IMG/VR virus record: IMGVR_UViG_3300031673_000022
Coordinates: 9,496-73,495 of that record
Source of the DNA: a virus
Strand: one strand, 5' to 3'
DNA length: 64,000 bases
Positions 47,921 through 57,843 of this stretch are shown piece by piece. The position numbers were made by a program, and so were the translations under genes. The notes under the pieces were generated by a model. That model did not search any database. It saw only the letters and a program-made list of their open reading frames with translations, and had not been told where the DNA came from. Every line of letters starts with the position of its first letter. Position 1 is the first letter of the stretch.

Positions 47921-49219
47921 TTAGAAGACCAGCAAGAGCTTATCAGAAGCTCTAGTCACTGCCGTGTACAGCCAGCGTCGGCGTTCTTCGTCGTCGAGGT
48001 TGTCGAGAGCCCACTCCACGTAGACAGCCACGTTTTCGGCTTGGCTGCCTTGCGATTTGTGACACGTCAGTGCGTACCCGAAGTCGAAAAGAGCCCCGAC
48101 AGAGAACCACGACGTGTGGTCCCCAGGAACCTGGTCGAACCCCTGGAAGGTTTTGTCACGGAGGAACTGCCACTTGCTGACGAAGATGTCCTTGACCACC
48201 CCTAGAGGATCGTCGAACTCCGCTGTCATAATATAGCAGTCCTTCGATACGACCCCGATCGACTTCACCACCCCACGCATGCCGTTAGCAACCACCCGGC
48301 CATCGTCGAGTCTGGTGTTCTTCAGGCAGATGACCACCTCACCTACTTGCGGGTCTACGTCGTCATCGTAGCCGTAGACCTCATGACGAACATCGCGATT
48401 CAGCTTCGTGCGCGTCTTGTTCGTATAGGTGATGATCATGCCAGGGGGCTTCGCGAAGTGGATGCCCTTGTCCCGGATCTTGGTCCAGAGGAGCCTTTCG
48501 TCGTCGACGTCTGAGATGAAGTCCTGAAGAAGATGGTCGGGGCATCCGTTCCGAATCAGCGTCGAGAGACGAATGATGGGGCTCCCCTTGGCCTGACGGT
48601 GGATCTTCTCCAACCGGAAGTCCGGATTACGCATCAGCGAGGCTTCCTCCCCGACCGGAGGAAGCTGACCATGATCGCCAATGGCCAGGATGGGACGCCC
48701 GAACATCTGAAGGTCGGTGAGCATCTGCTCTGACACCATGCTAGCCTCATCAATGATGATGAGGTCTACGTCAAGCATCTTCCGACCTTCCCAGCCTACA
48801 ATACGTCCTGTCGACCTGTCCTCGACCGGGATGTAAATCAGACTGTGGATGGTGGACACGTTAGCGTCGATGACCCCAGAGGCTGCCATGGACTGACGAA
48901 GTACCTGAGCAGCCTTACCAGTAGGTGTGGCAAATACGACGTTGACGTCGTTGTTCAAGAGGTCGTAGGAGAGCTTGCCAGCAAGTCGTGTTTTTCCTGT
49001 ACCCGCGAAGCCCCCGACAGCGAGGACCTGCGTCGGCTGGTTATTCAGCCAGATCATGATGCCATCGAGCGCTACCTGCTGGTCTGGTGATGGGTCCCAT
49101 GCCGGGGGCTCATCGGCAAGACGCATGACCGGAGGGGCAGGCTTTTCGGGCTGCTCAGGTGCCGGCGTCTCGTTCGTCTCGGTTACCGGCACATCGGGTG
49201 CTTCAATTAACTGCGTCAT
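47921..49219 (-). CDS. Dda/RecD-like SF1B DNA helicase
   Basis: GFAGTGKT, IIDEASMV, IGDHGQLPPV, HRQA, YALTCHKSQGS, LYTAVTRA. Confidence 0.9.
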   Translation of the reverse strand: MTQLIEAPDVPVTETNETPAPEQPEKPAPPVMRLADEPPAWDPSPDQQVALDGIMIWLNNQPTQVLAVGGFAGTGKTRLAGKLSYDLLNNDVNVVFATPTGKAAQVLRQSMAASGVIDANVSTIHSLIYIPVEDRSTGRIVGWEGRKMLDVDLIIIDEASMVSEQMLTDLQMFGRPILAIGDHGQLPPVGEEASLMRNPDFRLEKIHRQAKGSPIIRLSTLIRNGCPDHLLQDFISDVDDERLLWTKIRDKGIHFAKPPGMIITYTNKTRTKLNRDVRHEVYGYDDDVDPQVGEVVICLKNTRLDDGRVVANGMRGVVKSIGVVSKDCYIMTAEFDDPLGVVKDIFVSKWQFLRDKTFQGFDQVPGDHTSWFSVGALFDFGYALTCHKSQGSQAENVAVYVEWALDNLDDEERRRWLYTAVTRASDKLLLVF

Positions 49220-49429
49220 GGTTTTTCCTTTGTCTCACGGTCACGGTCGAGCACCGTCACCCAGCACAGGGGGTCGTTGTCTCGGTCAAGGCCCACAGAG
49301 AAGTCGCGGCAGTCGTGACACAGACCGTACTCGCCAGCGGACATGTACTTGTCTTCGCAGTAGCCGCAAACGTAGGTCTGCTTGATCATGGTCAGCGCTG
49401 GCACGGCGACGCTAGTGGTGCCAGACACG

Positions 49430-49702
49430 TTAGTCGTGACCTTTCCTTGCCATCTGGCCCATTGCGAACAGCGTGTCGCTGCGCTCCTGCTCGGCGCGGT
49501 TGGCGCGATCCTCCGCCTCGGTCGCTCGATGCGTAGCGGAGGCAAGATCAGCGCGGGCCTGGATTAGCTGCTCGGAAAGCTCCCGTAGCGACGATACCAT
49601 CCCGTCATGCCGTTCGATGGCGCGGTCTCGGTCCCTACGTGCGGAGACTTCTCTTTCAACCGCATAGGTCCTATCCGCCTTACACGGCCATAGAAACCTC
49701 AT
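49430..49702 (-). CDS. small coiled-coil protein
   Basis: ATGA-coupled chain of early genes. Confidence 0.45.
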   Translation of the reverse strand: MRFLWPCKADRTYAVEREVSARRDRDRAIERHDGMVSSLRELSEQLIQARADLASATHRATEAEDRANRAEQERSDTLFAMGQMARKGHD

Positions 49703-50232
49703 GCCTGCCTACCCAACTTCCGCAGAACGCGGCGGTAGATCGGGCTACCGCTGGCGACGGCATCGTAGCAAGCGACGAGGAGCGTCACCTGTGCGGCGCG
49801 GGTGTTGTTCACGACGTACGCCACCGCGCCCGCAGGCGCTCCGTACACCGTGTCTGGTGCTCCCCCCAGCAGCGTGTCGAGGAAGAGGATGCGGTCGTCC
49901 TGGGACGGATCAGGGCGCTCATAGAAGGCGATCTCCAAAGGGAGCGAGTTCTCCGGATGCTGGGTCTTCACCGAGCCACGTCGAAGGAATTCGACCGCCG
50001 ACCGGCAGACGTCGTTGACCCTCGTCGTGATGGTCTCGTCGGTTACGCTGTACGCCCGTCCGTCGTGTACCTTGCTGTAATCGGAAGTCAACATCCGGTG
50101 GTCGGCCACATCGCGACGCACCACGGCGCTGCCTGTCCCTACCCAGGAGACAGGCCCCCGCAGTTGCGCCGTCCACTGGCGAGGCTCCACATAGAGCCGC
50201 TCGCCCGTTGTGAATATGGGTCCGTTCATCAT
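49699..50232 (-). CDS. hypothetical protein
   Basis: Translationally coupled on both sides. Confidence 0.55.
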   Translation of the reverse strand: MMNGPIFTTGERLYVEPRQWTAQLRGPVSWVGTGSAVVRRDVADHRMLTSDYSKVHDGRAYSVTDETITTRVNDVCRSAVEFLRRGSVKTQHPENSLPLEIAFYERPDPSQDDRILFLDTLLGGAPDTVYGAPAGAVAYVVNNTRAAQVTLLVACYDAVASGSPIYRRVLRKLGRQA

Positions 50233-50516
50233 GACCTCTTGAGGTTCACGAGTTCCTGAAGGGCTTCCCGAGCAGAATCGATCCGCTCAAGGTGGTCGGC
50301 AGAGCCCGCGAGAGTGACGAAATCGTCATCGCTGCGGAGCTTGTCCGCCATCACACGGAACGCCTCGTCCGCCTCATCGATCGCTTCATCTACTGTGTAG
50401 CACTTTACTGCGTCTTCCTGGATGAGAGCCACCCAGCGGATGAAGGTTTCGCGGTCAGGAGGCCAAGGTGCGCCGTCATCGACCCACTCTGAGGGTGTCT
50501 TCATATCGCTATTCAT
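50229..50516 (-). CDS. hypothetical protein
   Basis: Coupled small ORF. Confidence 0.5.
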   Translation of the reverse strand: MNSDMKTPSEWVDDGAPWPPDRETFIRWVALIQEDAVKCYTVDEAIDEADEAFRVMADKLRSDDDFVTLAGSADHLERIDSAREALQELVNLKRS

Positions 50517-51081
50517 AACCTTCCCATTCCACGATAACCGCGCGGAGGTGCTTTGCTGTGACACGAAGATTAGCCTGGGAGTGGCAGGCTTCGTTGGTTA
50601 GAATGTACTTCGCGATGGCGGCAATGTCATCACCTGTCGCACCTCGTGTCCGCGTTAGGTTACTCGTGGTGTTGGCATTCTGTCTAAACTTGAGGCCAAG
50701 AACGTCGCGGATACGACGCACCGTCTCTACATGAACCATGAGAATGTCGGCCACCTCCTGGTTCGTTATTCGTCGTTTGTGAAACGAGATTTTGTTGACC
50801 ATCGCCACCTGTGCCACACTCGCCCGCGTGCGACCGAGTTTGATCGCGGCAGAAGCGATCGTGTGTTTTTCGGCGAGGCTCGCTAGCACACCTATCTCCG
50901 CCTTCGTCCAGCCCTTACGACCGTCCTTACCTCTGAGAACGCAGCGCACTTTCTCGTACGTGGCTTTCTGAGTCACAGCACGCTGTGTCTTCTCAAGTCG
51001 CTCGGCAATCTCCAACGACGTCAGAGTCTTGTGGTTGGCGTAGAGGAACTGCACCTCGCCTTTCGTCCAGCGTGACGGCAT
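50509..51081 (-). CDS. tandem HTH DNA-binding protein
   Basis: Repeats WTKGEVQFL..EIAERLEKT and WTKAEIGVL..AIKLGRT, plus a third HTH EVADILMVHVETVRR. Confidence 0.7.
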   Translation of the reverse strand: MPSRWTKGEVQFLYANHKTLTSLEIAERLEKTQRAVTQKATYEKVRCVLRGKDGRKGWTKAEIGVLASLAEKHTIASAAIKLGRTRASVAQVAMVNKISFHKRRITNQEVADILMVHVETVRRIRDVLGLKFRQNANTTSNLTRTRGATGDDIAAIAKYILTNEACHSQANLRVTAKHLRAVIVEWEGYE

Positions 51082-51485
51082 TATTGATTGGTGGTGCCAT
51101 CGTGTGGAACGACAGCCTCGTAGGTCGCGGCGAAGCTGCCTCGGAGGGCGTGGCGCTCGCGCCGGTCGAGGGTGGCGAGCAACGCCCGCAGCCGCTCGAT
51201 CTCGGCGTCGCGGGCGTTGATGGTGGCGAGCCAGCGGGCTTCGTCGTTGAACGCCGGCCCTGCGCCGTCGAACTTCCCTCGGTGGTCGTACTCTGACAGG
51301 GACGGCCTAACTAACGGCTTAGTCACGGCGTACCCCTGCCGCATCCCGCACCGCCGCCAGCGTCGCGCGGAGGTCGGCGAGCGCCGCGTGGTTGGCCCAC
51401 CGGGCGTCACGCTCTGCTGAAACCTCCCGCTCGGTCTCGTCGAGACGGGCGCGGAGGTCGAGCACCGTTTCGTCATCACTTTCCA

Positions 51486-51740
51486 TCACGCGCCACCTCC
51501 CTTAAGGGCGGCCATCACCATCACGCACGCGGCCTCGTACCCGCCGGTGTAGTCGAGGCCATCCACCGCGACCGCTTCCACCCGGTCCAGCACCGCCCGC
51601 AGCCGCTCGATCTCGGCGCGTGCCTTGTCGTAGTCATCGGCACGGACCCAATCACCGTCCGGTGCATCGTCCATGTACACGGTCGCGTAGGACTCCGATG
51701 GGTCCACATCGGCGAAGTACCGCTTCACGTCGTCAGTCAT
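51486..51740 (-). CDS. small early protein (AEIERLR module)
   Basis: DGDWVRADDYDKARAEIERLR. Confidence 0.55.
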   Translation of the reverse strand: MTDDVKRYFADVDPSESYATVYMDDAPDGDWVRADDYDKARAEIERLRAVLDRVEAVAVDGLDYTGGYEAACVMVMAALKGGGA

Positions 51741-51790
51741 CACCCACCTCCTTCTTGCATGGCCTTTCTCCGTCCGACTCCCTAGCAACT

Positions 51791-53131
51791 CTAGTGCGCG
51801 TTGGCGAGGTTGGAGACGATACGAGAGAACAGACGCTCGATGGCGCGCTCATGCCCGACAGCACCGTCGATCCCCTTGTCGTGGGCGACCTCATGAACAA
51901 CGGTGCTGAGGGTCTCCTCGAAGGAGGTGAGGAGCTTGCGGGCGATCTCGATCACTCCTCCCTCGTCGTGGCGGTGCAGCCCCATGACGATGGGATCGTT
52001 GAAGTCGACAACGGTCAGCCGCGCCTCCACCGGCATGTGACCGAGGGCGGTAGACGCGGGCTCGACGAGGGCGATGACACGAGAGTAGACACCCTGCTCT
52101 TCAGGCGAGAGGTCATCCCAGCCGTAGGTCTTCGCTACCGAGAGCTTGAACATCTGACGAGCGGAATCGACCGACCCGATCTCCTCTTCCAGCACCTTGG
52201 CCAAGGATCGCGGGACGACGATGCCACGCTTGCCAAGGTGCTCGACCTCGCGGGATTCCGCCATCGAGGTGACCGGGATTGCAGACTCGCCATGCTCCGC
52301 TTTGAAGTGCTCGGCGACCTTGGCCGCGATCGCCTTGTTCACCCCGCCGTAGGAATCACCCATCTGCTGGACGTCGGTGTCTCCTCGGTTGAGCATCGCG
52401 ATGACCCGCTTGACGAGCTTGGGAGTCGCTCCCGTTTGCGTCATCGCCTCTTGCCACGCCATCGCCGCGTTGTACTTGAGATCCCAGTCCGCAACCATCT
52501 TGCGGTCCCGGTCAGTGTCGACGTGGTGGAAGTTGTAGCCGGCTGCGAGGTCCGCCTTGTGCTGGACGAAGATGCCCTTGACGAAGACCTTGCCCTTGAA
52601 CGTCTTGTCGAGGATGACCTCACCGCGCGACGTCGTGACCGCGTTTTTCGGCTGGACGAGGTGGAGGAAGCGAGGCTTGAGCATCGCCCAAGTCTCCTTC
52701 GTGATGCCGCCGATCTCGACCGTGAACCGTCCCGCCGGTATCTGACGCTTGTGCGTGTAGATGGTGAGAACATCGGCGCCGCCGAAGGTCTCGGACTCCT
52801 CGATCTTGGGGGTCCAGGACTCGTCGTCGTTCACGATCTTGACGTCGTGACCGGCGCGCACGAGAGCAAGAACGCCCAACTTCAAGCCCTCGCCAAAGTG
52901 GCCGCGATAGTTTCCGCTTTCCTTGCTCGTGGTCCCGAGCAGCCAGACGTTAGAGTCGAGCTTCACGCCCTCGGAGGAGACGCGGAGAACGTCCTTTCCA
53001 CTATGGCGGATGTCCAGAGCGAACCCGTCGTCCAGCGCATCCAAGCCGTTCTGCACGACCTCACGCACACCTTCCCAGGCGCCCCAGGAAGAAACGTAAC
53101 CCGTCGAAAGCGTCAACTGAATCTTTGCCAT
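51791..53131 (-). CDS. GHKL-ATPase fused to C-terminal zincin-like domain
   Basis: REVVQNGLD, LLGTTSK and GHFGEGLKLG (GHKL), then VVHEVAH..GH (HExxH). Confidence 0.75.
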   Translation of the reverse strand: MAKIQLTLSTGYVSSWGAWEGVREVVQNGLDALDDGFALDIRHSGKDVLRVSSEGVKLDSNVWLLGTTSKESGNYRGHFGEGLKLGVLALVRAGHDVKIVNDDESWTPKIEESETFGGADVLTIYTHKRQIPAGRFTVEIGGITKETWAMLKPRFLHLVQPKNAVTTSRGEVILDKTFKGKVFVKGIFVQHKADLAAGYNFHHVDTDRDRKMVADWDLKYNAAMAWQEAMTQTGATPKLVKRVIAMLNRGDTDVQQMGDSYGGVNKAIAAKVAEHFKAEHGESAIPVTSMAESREVEHLGKRGIVVPRSLAKVLEEEIGSVDSARQMFKLSVAKTYGWDDLSPEEQGVYSRVIALVEPASTALGHMPVEARLTVVDFNDPIVMGLHRHDEGGVIEIARKLLTSFEETLSTVVHEVAHDKGIDGAVGHERAIERLFSRIVSNLANAH

Positions 53132-53155
53132 TGTTTACTGCCCTCCGTTGGGAAC

Positions 53156-53183
53156 ATTGTAGTCCATAAGCCAGCCCCGTCAA
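53156..53183 (-). promoter_or_regulatory. early promoter
   Basis: TTGACG-N16-TACAAT upstream of a GGAGGG RBS. Confidence 0.65.
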
Positions 53184-53220
53184 GCGTTAGTAGACGGATT
53201 TCTTTGGTACCTAAAGAAAC

Positions 53221-53520
53221 CTAGTAGCCGAGGTAGTCGATCGCTCGCCTCAGAGCCTCGGGATCGTCCCGGAACAGTCCCAGGGCTGTGTTGCACCGGG
53301 CACAGAGCAATCCCCGCACCTTGATGACGCCGGTATCGCGCTCCGTACGATGGCAGTGGTCTACGCTGAGGGGCATCTCGGTGCCGTCCGCGCGGAGTCG
53401 ATCCTCTGTCTCTAGGCAGATCGCGCAGGCGTACTCTTGAATTTCAAGCATGGCGTCAAAGTCATCTTGACTAAGGCCATAGCGTTTGAGGTTGTGTAGC
53501 TGGCGAATGCGGCGAGACAC
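53221..53520 (-). CDS. endonuclease VII-family (His-Me) nuclease
   Basis: YGLS..CAIC..VDHCH..VRGLLCARCNTALG. Confidence 0.85.
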   Translation of the reverse strand: MSRRIRQLHNLKRYGLSQDDFDAMLEIQEYACAICLETEDRLRADGTEMPLSVDHCHRTERDTGVIKVRGLLCARCNTALGLFRDDPEALRRAIDYLGY

Positions 53521-53555
53521 GCCGCCATCGTACAGCTACAGGCACTCAAGCTGAA

Positions 53556-53834
53556 TCACCCTCGCCGGTTGATCGACGCAAGGCACCAATCGCAATCGAC
53601 GTCCGACACAAGGTCCACCAGCGTGTCCTCGCGCGACCAGTAGCCACAGATCGTCTGCCCGTACACCCACGCCATGTGACGGCGCACCTTGTTACGTTGA
53701 GCGCCTTTCTTTTGTGGTCCGCACGCGCAAAGCGGCGTTTTCCAGTAGCCACAGACAGAGCACGTCTCCGGCTCCGGTCCGTCTTCGCTACCATCCATGA
53801 TCGCCTCGCCGCTCATGTGGTCGATCAGGCTCAT
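53556..53834 (-). CDS. small Cys-rich protein
   Basis: CSVC..CAC..H..C..CDWC. Confidence 0.5.
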   Translation of the reverse strand: MSLIDHMSGEAIMDGSEDGPEPETCSVCGYWKTPLCACGPQKKGAQRNKVRRHMAWVYGQTICGYWSREDTLVDLVSDVDCDWCLASINRRG

Positions 53835-54244
53835 CAGACTTCCCCAGGGGCAGGCTGAACAGTCACGCGGTGACCATCATCGCGGAGCAAGCCAACCATG
53901 CGATTCGCGCCTTCTGGGTTCCAGGAATGAACCCAGACATCGGTAGGCGCGGTGTTGCGGTTGCGTAGGAAGTGGCAGAAGTCCACCCCGTCAAGGAAAC
54001 CACCACGCCCTCCCGCGTACCCCGTTGCAGCAGGCGAGCGGGTTGCGACCTCCGGGTCGTAGTCGCCGAGGTCATGGTCGAGGCACAACAGATCGAACGG
54101 CCCCTGTTCGCGGAATTGCGTCACGCCCTCCAAGTACGTCTGGGCGCTGAACCACTCAAACTCCGTTCCGATGTTGCGAGACCGCAGGTAGAGCTTGATG
54201 TTGTCGTGACGCTGCGGGATGTCGTCGAGGATGAAGACGCGCAT
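53834..54244 (-). CDS. cyclic-phosphate-processing receiver-like domain protein
   Basis: FILDD..LDHDLG..G..VHSWNPEGANRM. Confidence 0.7.
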   Translation of the reverse strand: MRVFILDDIPQRHDNIKLYLRSRNIGTEFEWFSAQTYLEGVTQFREQGPFDLLCLDHDLGDYDPEVATRSPAATGYAGGRGGFLDGVDFCHFLRNRNTAPTDVWVHSWNPEGANRMVGLLRDDGHRVTVQPAPGEV

Positions 54245-54349
54245 CAGGTCAGCCGAACCTTGCTCGCAACCACTGGGTCAGTATCTCTAACACCGGAGCC
54301 AGGTTCGCGAGATCGACATAGTGCTGGACGTGGAACAGGTGATCCATCT

Positions 54350-54925
54350 CTAGTTATCCTCGCGCCACTCGTTCCTGCGCTCCATGAGGGCATCTTCAAC
54401 CCCCATGAGGAACTCGCCTGCCTCCGCTGCCTCTTCGATGACGGCGACGGCGATCACACCGATAGCGTCGTCGTCTGTGCGCTCGATGTCAACACCGTAT
54501 TGGGCGCAGAGCGCTTGCCAGTCCGACTCGGGGTGCAGCCACTCGTCGCAGTCCTCGTAGTAGGCGATGCGGTAGCTGAGGTCGTCCTCCAGCCGGTATT
54601 CGATGTCGGAAACCCTGTCATTGCCCCTGTCGTGCTTGAAGCAATCAGCCAGGGTGCGGAAGTCCTCGGCGTGGCTGCTCATCCAAGCTGCCACAGTGCC
54701 CCCGACGACGTAGTGCGCGTAGTTGGCGACCTCGAACCAGCGACCATCCTGCCCCTCCTGGGGCTTCTCCCCACGCACGACCTCGAACGTGATCGAGTCG
54801 CCACGCTTCTCGGGCGGAACGAGGTACAGCCGGAACACAAAGTTGCCCTCTCCGGGGGCGTCAGCCGTGTCCAAGGACTCCGCGCTCGGGTAGACGATGG
54901 GGGTCTTCTGGGTCTCGTCGTTCAT
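54350..54925 (-). CDS. hypothetical acidic protein
   Basis: AGGAG RBS downstream of a promoter. Confidence 0.6.
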   Translation of the reverse strand: MNDETQKTPIVYPSAESLDTADAPGEGNFVFRLYLVPPEKRGDSITFEVVRGEKPQEGQDGRWFEVANYAHYVVGGTVAAWMSSHAEDFRTLADCFKHDRGNDRVSDIEYRLEDDLSYRIAYYEDCDEWLHPESDWQALCAQYGVDIERTDDDAIGVIAVAVIEEAAEAGEFLMGVEDALMERRNEWREDN

Positions 54926-54957
54926 GGCTGACTACCTACTTGTTACAGTGCTCCCAT

Positions 54958-54985
54958 AGCATAAGCCCCGCTATTGGTGAGACAA
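54958..54985 (-). promoter_or_regulatory. possible early promoter
   Basis: TTGTCT-N16-TATGCT. Confidence 0.4.
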
Positions 54986-54988
54986 GCC

Positions 54989-55378
54989 TCAGTTGATCTC
55001 CGTATCGTCGATGTAGTCGTCGAGCGGAGCGAGGCGATCGATCGCCACACCATCGGCTTCGAGTTCCTCGATCTGGCTCTCGGTGGCGATGCCTGCGACC
55101 GATCCCATAGGCACCTGACCCGCCTTCATGGCGTTCACCGTGTCGTAGAAGCGGGTACCTACGTACTCGTACTCCGGGATCTCGTCCCGGCGCTCCTGAC
55201 GGTCACGGGTCTTCGATGTCTGCGGATCACCCGTCGTGTAAACACGCTCCACGTTGCTCGTCTCACACAGCGGGCAGGTCAGGTCTCCGTCGTGAACGAT
55301 GGTCTGGTACTCCGTACGGTCCTCGTACCATCCCTCAAAGGAGTGCCCGTTGCCGCATTTCAAGTCTACTACGTACAT
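54989..55378 (-). CDS. DUF1178-like zinc-ribbon protein
   Basis: DLKCGNGHSFEGW..CPLC..EYVGTRF..IAT. Confidence 0.7.
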   Translation of the reverse strand: MYVVDLKCGNGHSFEGWYEDRTEYQTIVHDGDLTCPLCETSNVERVYTTGDPQTSKTRDRQERRDEIPEYEYVGTRFYDTVNAMKAGQVPMGSVAGIATESQIEELEADGVAIDRLAPLDDYIDDTEIN

Positions 55379-55716
55379 CAGGTCAACCTCTCTGCCAACC
55401 GTGGGCAGTTGCTGGGGACCAATTTCCACGCCTCGTGGAAGCCTTGGTAGCTGAGGATCAAGTCCTCGGCGATCTTGCGGTGGCGCGCAAGCTCCCTCTT
55501 GGGGGTGCGCTTGACCATCTCCAGACGCTCGATCGTGGCAAGCTCGCACTCTATGGCAAAGGACAACGTGCCCGCCATTGAGATCACGTCGCGGGATAGT
55601 TGTCGGCAGGTACGGGCGACGTCACGGGCAGGCATCGGGTAGTTCGAGTCCATCACCATGCCCGCTTCCTGCATGACGAGGTCCAATCGGCTGTCCTTCA
55701 TGGTTACGTTGCGCAT
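55378..55716 (-). CDS. hypothetical protein
   Basis: Coupled small ORF. Confidence 0.55.
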   Translation of the reverse strand: MRNVTMKDSRLDLVMQEAGMVMDSNYPMPARDVARTCRQLSRDVISMAGTLSFAIECELATIERLEMVKRTPKRELARHRKIAEDLILSYQGFHEAWKLVPSNCPRLAERLT

Positions 55717-55719
55717 CTA

Positions 55720-56835
55720 CTACTCCCAATCCCAGGTGCGGTTGCAAGGTACCTTGCCGCCCTGCTCATATGTCTGGGTGATTACGCCAGCGTATTCGTC
55801 GGGCTTGCACCTAGTGCCTACGATAGCGTACCCGTTGGTGACGATGAGACGCGAGTGACTCTTTGCCCAGTAGCCAATCTCCTTGGCCTGCTCCCCCTTG
55901 TCCTCGGGGAAAACCAGGAGGGGGAAGAAGCGGGTGCCGAAGAGGTCGTCGCTGGCCTTCCCACTGAAGACAGTGATCGCATCTTCTGCTGTAGCGTAGA
56001 ACCCGTCATCGAAGAGGAACCTCGCGTCGTCCTTGTACACTTCCGAGTACCACTCCTCGGGAGCCTTCAATATCCAAGCGAAGGAGTCGATCTGAAAGTC
56101 GTCAAGCTCAGGTGCGCGGAGCTTTACGATCAGGTCTGCCTGGTCTGGATTCCCACGACCGGAAAGCAGAGCCTCGAAGCCCCCTAGCTGCCGCTTCTGC
56201 ACGCTCTTCTTCTGCTCGTCGTTGAAGAAATCGGCGTAGGTGCTCGCGGTACGCATGTTACTACGTCCACCGTTCATGTGCTCGATGAGATCGACACTCA
56301 GGATCTCGCACTCGATCTCTTCTCCCTCGCTACCCAAGGTATGGTCTACCCAACCACAGAGGTAGGTCCGCGCAGGATAGCAGGCTCCCCCATCAGCGAA
56401 CCCTTCGATCGAAATGTACTGGCTACCGCCGATAATGTGCTGGTGCCGGAGGGAGACGACAACCTTCCGACCAACGAAGTCGCGCCCGTCGAAGTCGCGA
56501 ATGTCCTGGCTGGGCTCGAAGCCCAACTTGGTAGGCGAAATCTCGCGAGACTTGGTGGTCCTTTGAAGGGCTTGCTCGACGAACGCTTTGGCGTCCTTCA
56601 ACCGTGTGAAGTCCTCCGACCGAAGCCCAGCCGAAGCGTGGTAGCACCGCTTGCCGTCGCTAACGCGAGGACCGATCACGTGTCCGTAGCCGCCCTTGGC
56701 GTTCTCGTAGTAGTGGTAGTCGTCACCGCGACGGTGCCTCCACCGCAACTTGCTCGGGTCCTCGTCCTTGACCAGCTTGTACCCAAGTGCCTTGGCTGCG
56801 GCGCGGGTTTTCTTCAGGTCTTCTTTCGTGGTCAT
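55720..56835 (-). CDS. hypothetical protein (371 aa)
   Basis: Start MTTKEDLK, long ORF. Confidence 0.6.
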   Translation of the reverse strand: MTTKEDLKKTRAAAKALGYKLVKDEDPSKLRWRHRRGDDYHYYENAKGGYGHVIGPRVSDGKRCYHASAGLRSEDFTRLKDAKAFVEQALQRTTKSREISPTKLGFEPSQDIRDFDGRDFVGRKVVVSLRHQHIIGGSQYISIEGFADGGACYPARTYLCGWVDHTLGSEGEEIECEILSVDLIEHMNGGRSNMRTASTYADFFNDEQKKSVQKRQLGGFEALLSGRGNPDQADLIVKLRAPELDDFQIDSFAWILKAPEEWYSEVYKDDARFLFDDGFYATAEDAITVFSGKASDDLFGTRFFPLLVFPEDKGEQAKEIGYWAKSHSRLIVTNGYAIVGTRCKPDEYAGVITQTYEQGGKVPCNRTWDWE

Positions 56836-56839
56836 GGAT

Positions 56840-57061
56840 TCACGGCCCCCAGTTGCGCGGATTGTTGTCATCCCACAGGTCACGTTCTTTCTCGTCCTCG
56901 TACTCGGCGCGCGCGTCCGCATCCTCTGCGTCCTGGCGCTCCTGCTCGTCATCGTCCCCGCTGCACGCGGGACGGTCACACAGCCCGCAGTCGCTTGGTG
57001 CCCCACACACGCGGCACTTGCCGGGAGCGTCGCCAATGCTCTGCCACGAGGCCCGGCTCAT
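56840..57061 (-). CDS. small Zn-finger protein with acidic tail
   Basis: CRVC..CGLC. Confidence 0.5.
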   Translation of the reverse strand: MSRASWQSIGDAPGKCRVCGAPSDCGLCDRPACSGDDDEQERQDAEDADARAEYEDEKERDLWDDNNPRNWGP

Positions 57062-57283
57062 GAGACCTCCTCGTCCCTGCTCACGATTTCCACGTCGTCG
57101 GCGCATGATCCGACGATCATCCGCTCGGTGTCCCAGCTCCACACGAAGGCCGTGTTCTCCAGGGCTTCGCCGCCGAACGTTGGCAGGTCATCCCATCGGC
57201 CCAGCGAGGGGTCGCTGCGCCGCATGGCCACCAGGAGCGCGTCAAGCGTGGCAGGCGGCTCAGAGGCCAGACTTGCGCGCACA

Positions 57284-57520
57284 TCAGTCATCACGGCCCC
57301 CGGTGTCGTCGAGGACGCGGCGCAGGGCACACCGTGGGTGTACGTCCTCGCAGCCTTCCCAGTGCGTCGTGCCTGCGTCCACGTCGTCGAGATGGGCGAT
57401 CACAGCCGCCACCTTCGCCCGCAACCGCTCGATCTCGGCGCGTGCCTTGTCGTAGTCATCGGCGCGAACCCATACGATCTCGTCGCCCGGGTTGAACACG
57501 GGCGCGTCACCGATTTTCAC
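57284..57520 (-). CDS. small early protein (AEIERLR module)
   Basis: WVRADDYDKARAEIERLR..HWEGCEDVHPRC. Confidence 0.5.
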   Translation of the reverse strand: MKIGDAPVFNPGDEIVWVRADDYDKARAEIERLRAKVAAVIAHLDDVDAGTTHWEGCEDVHPRCALRRVLDDTGGRDD

Positions 57521-57843
57521 GACTCACCTCGCGCCTTGGCGACGGCCTCTGCAAGCGCGTCCCGCGCGAGAAGGAAGCCGTCCGCGTCCAGGGGGGCGAG
57601 CAGGTGTTCTGCCGCCGCCAACAACTCGGGAGCGGCGGCGATCAGTCGGGCGGGGCATTGTGAGTCGTCACACCGCAGCCGCTCGATCTCGGCGCGGAGG
57701 GCGTCGACCGTGGCGAGCGCCGCCTGCATGTCGGAGCTACAGCGCTTCCGCAGATCGGACTCGTGCTCCGGCGTCATCGGCTCAGTCATCACGCCTAACA
57801 CATGCAAGTCGAACGTGAAGCTCGGGAGCTTGCTGTCGGTCAT
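57517..57843 (-). CDS. small early protein
   Basis: AEIERLR and ARLIAAAPELL..AVAKARG modules, common in phage early genes. Confidence 0.55.
   Translation of the reverse strand: MTDSKLPSFTFDLHVLGVMTEPMTPEHESDLRKRCSSDMQAALATVDALRAEIERLRCDDSQCPARLIAAAPELLAAAEHLLAPLDADGFLLARDALAEAVAKARGES

Noticed and set aside
51620-53224. 534-aa plus-strand ORF, and similar long antisense ORFs (35555..36433, 53972..54931, 56750..57877)
   Set aside because: Shadow frames of well-supported minus-strand genes in high-GC DNA, with no motifs of their own.
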